Below are positions 26,913-27,219 of a stretch of 27,219 nucleotides of DNA, one piece after another. Origin of the DNA: Steroidobacteraceae bacterium. Its GTDB lineage: Bacteria > Pseudomonadota > Gammaproteobacteria > Steroidobacterales > Steroidobacteraceae. Location: the NCBI GenBank assembly GCA_050738715.1, contig JBOHZW010000127.1, positions 1 to 27,219 on the forward strand, given 5' to 3'. The notes below the pieces were generated by a model. The model was not told the DNA's origin. It did not search any database and saw nothing but the letters and a program-made list of their open reading frames with translations. A program made the position numbers and the translations under genes. The stretch's first letter is position 1, and the number at the start of each line of letters is the position of its first letter.

Positions 26913-27219
26913 CTAGTGCATTGAACCGAAGCTATTGCCGGTCTGAATTACACCGGCGGCGCTACCAGTTTGGATTACGCCCAGCTTGTTACCGGTCTGA
27001 ATTACGCCGGCGGCGCTACCGGTTTGGATTACGCCCAGCTTGTTGCCGGTCTGAATTACACCCAAGCGGCTTCCCGTTTGAATCACTCCAGCAGCATGCC
27101 CAGTCTGGATGACTCCTGCGGCGCTACCGGTTTGGATTACGCCCAGCTTGTTGCCAGTCTGAATTACACCCAAGCGGCTTCCCGTTTGAATCACTCCAGC
27201 AGCATTCCCAGTCTGGATG
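26913..27219 (-). CDS. 3' end of a gene with tandem GVIQTGxxx nonapeptide repeats (partial; 5' end outside window)
   Basis: Frame open from the window edge to TAG at 26913: IQTG-NAA, then GVIQTG followed by SRL, NKL, SAA, HAA, SRL, NKL, SAA, NKL, SAA, NSF, then GSMH*. Variation in the core is synonymous only, which supports this frame. Confidence 0.85.
   Translation of the reverse strand, partial: IQTGNAAGVIQTGSRLGVIQTGNKLGVIQTGSAAGVIQTGHAAGVIQTGSRLGVIQTGNKLGVIQTGSAAGVIQTGNKLGVIQTGSAAGVIQTGNSFGSMH
26928..27219. repeat. 27-bp period coding tandem array (10 full units plus 1 truncated) with 108-bp and 54-bp higher-order duplications
   Basis: 27112-27219 is nearly identical to 27004-27111. The NKL-SAA 54-bp doublet is repeated again at the 3' end. 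Confidence 0.92.

Noticed and set aside
27192..27194. GTG at 27194 as the start of a 93-aa peptide
   Set aside because: It is an internal Val of a repeat unit; the frame stays open to the window edge.
26928..27219. 27-bp periodic array as a CRISPR array
   Set aside because: Variable parts are only 9 nt and recur, the constant part varies at third codon positions, and no cas genes are present. It is a coding repeat.
26928..27219. RTX calcium-binding nonapeptide repeat
   Set aside because: Same period, but the GGxGxDxUx consensus, including the Asp, is absent.

Overview
GC-rich bacterial chromosomal window. Gene content suggests a Gammaproteobacterium, possibly Steroidobacteraceae-like (inference). 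Positions 1-24.9 kb are mostly ordinary genes: a Lys/Ala-rich gene tail, rlmJ, aroE, a lipoprotein acid phosphatase, MarC, two secreted proteins, a LysR regulator coupled to putA, an acyl-CoA dehydrogenase, a degenerate EAL protein, DUF4139 plus a small ORF, an anti-sigma-like membrane protein, an S41 peptidase, an Ntn-hydrolase acylase, ybbP-ybbA/tesA and fadD. From about 24.9 kb the DNA is clearly more AT-rich and carries the most interesting module, all on the minus strand. First comes the 3' end of a gene encoding at least 11 tandem nonapeptides with an invariant GVIQTG core, varied synonymous codons and variable tripeptide linkers. A motif-rich intergenic region follows, then two divergent DUF6502-like paralogues, only one of which keeps the HTH-like segment. 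This could be an uncharacterised repeat-peptide/regulator system, but the repeat gene is cut by the window edge, so its function is inference. Other oddities: a perfect 28-bp palindrome between convergent genes, several apparent leaderless promoters, and a codon-usage shift inside the 3' third of fadD. Family assignments come from motif recognition by eye; no searches were run.
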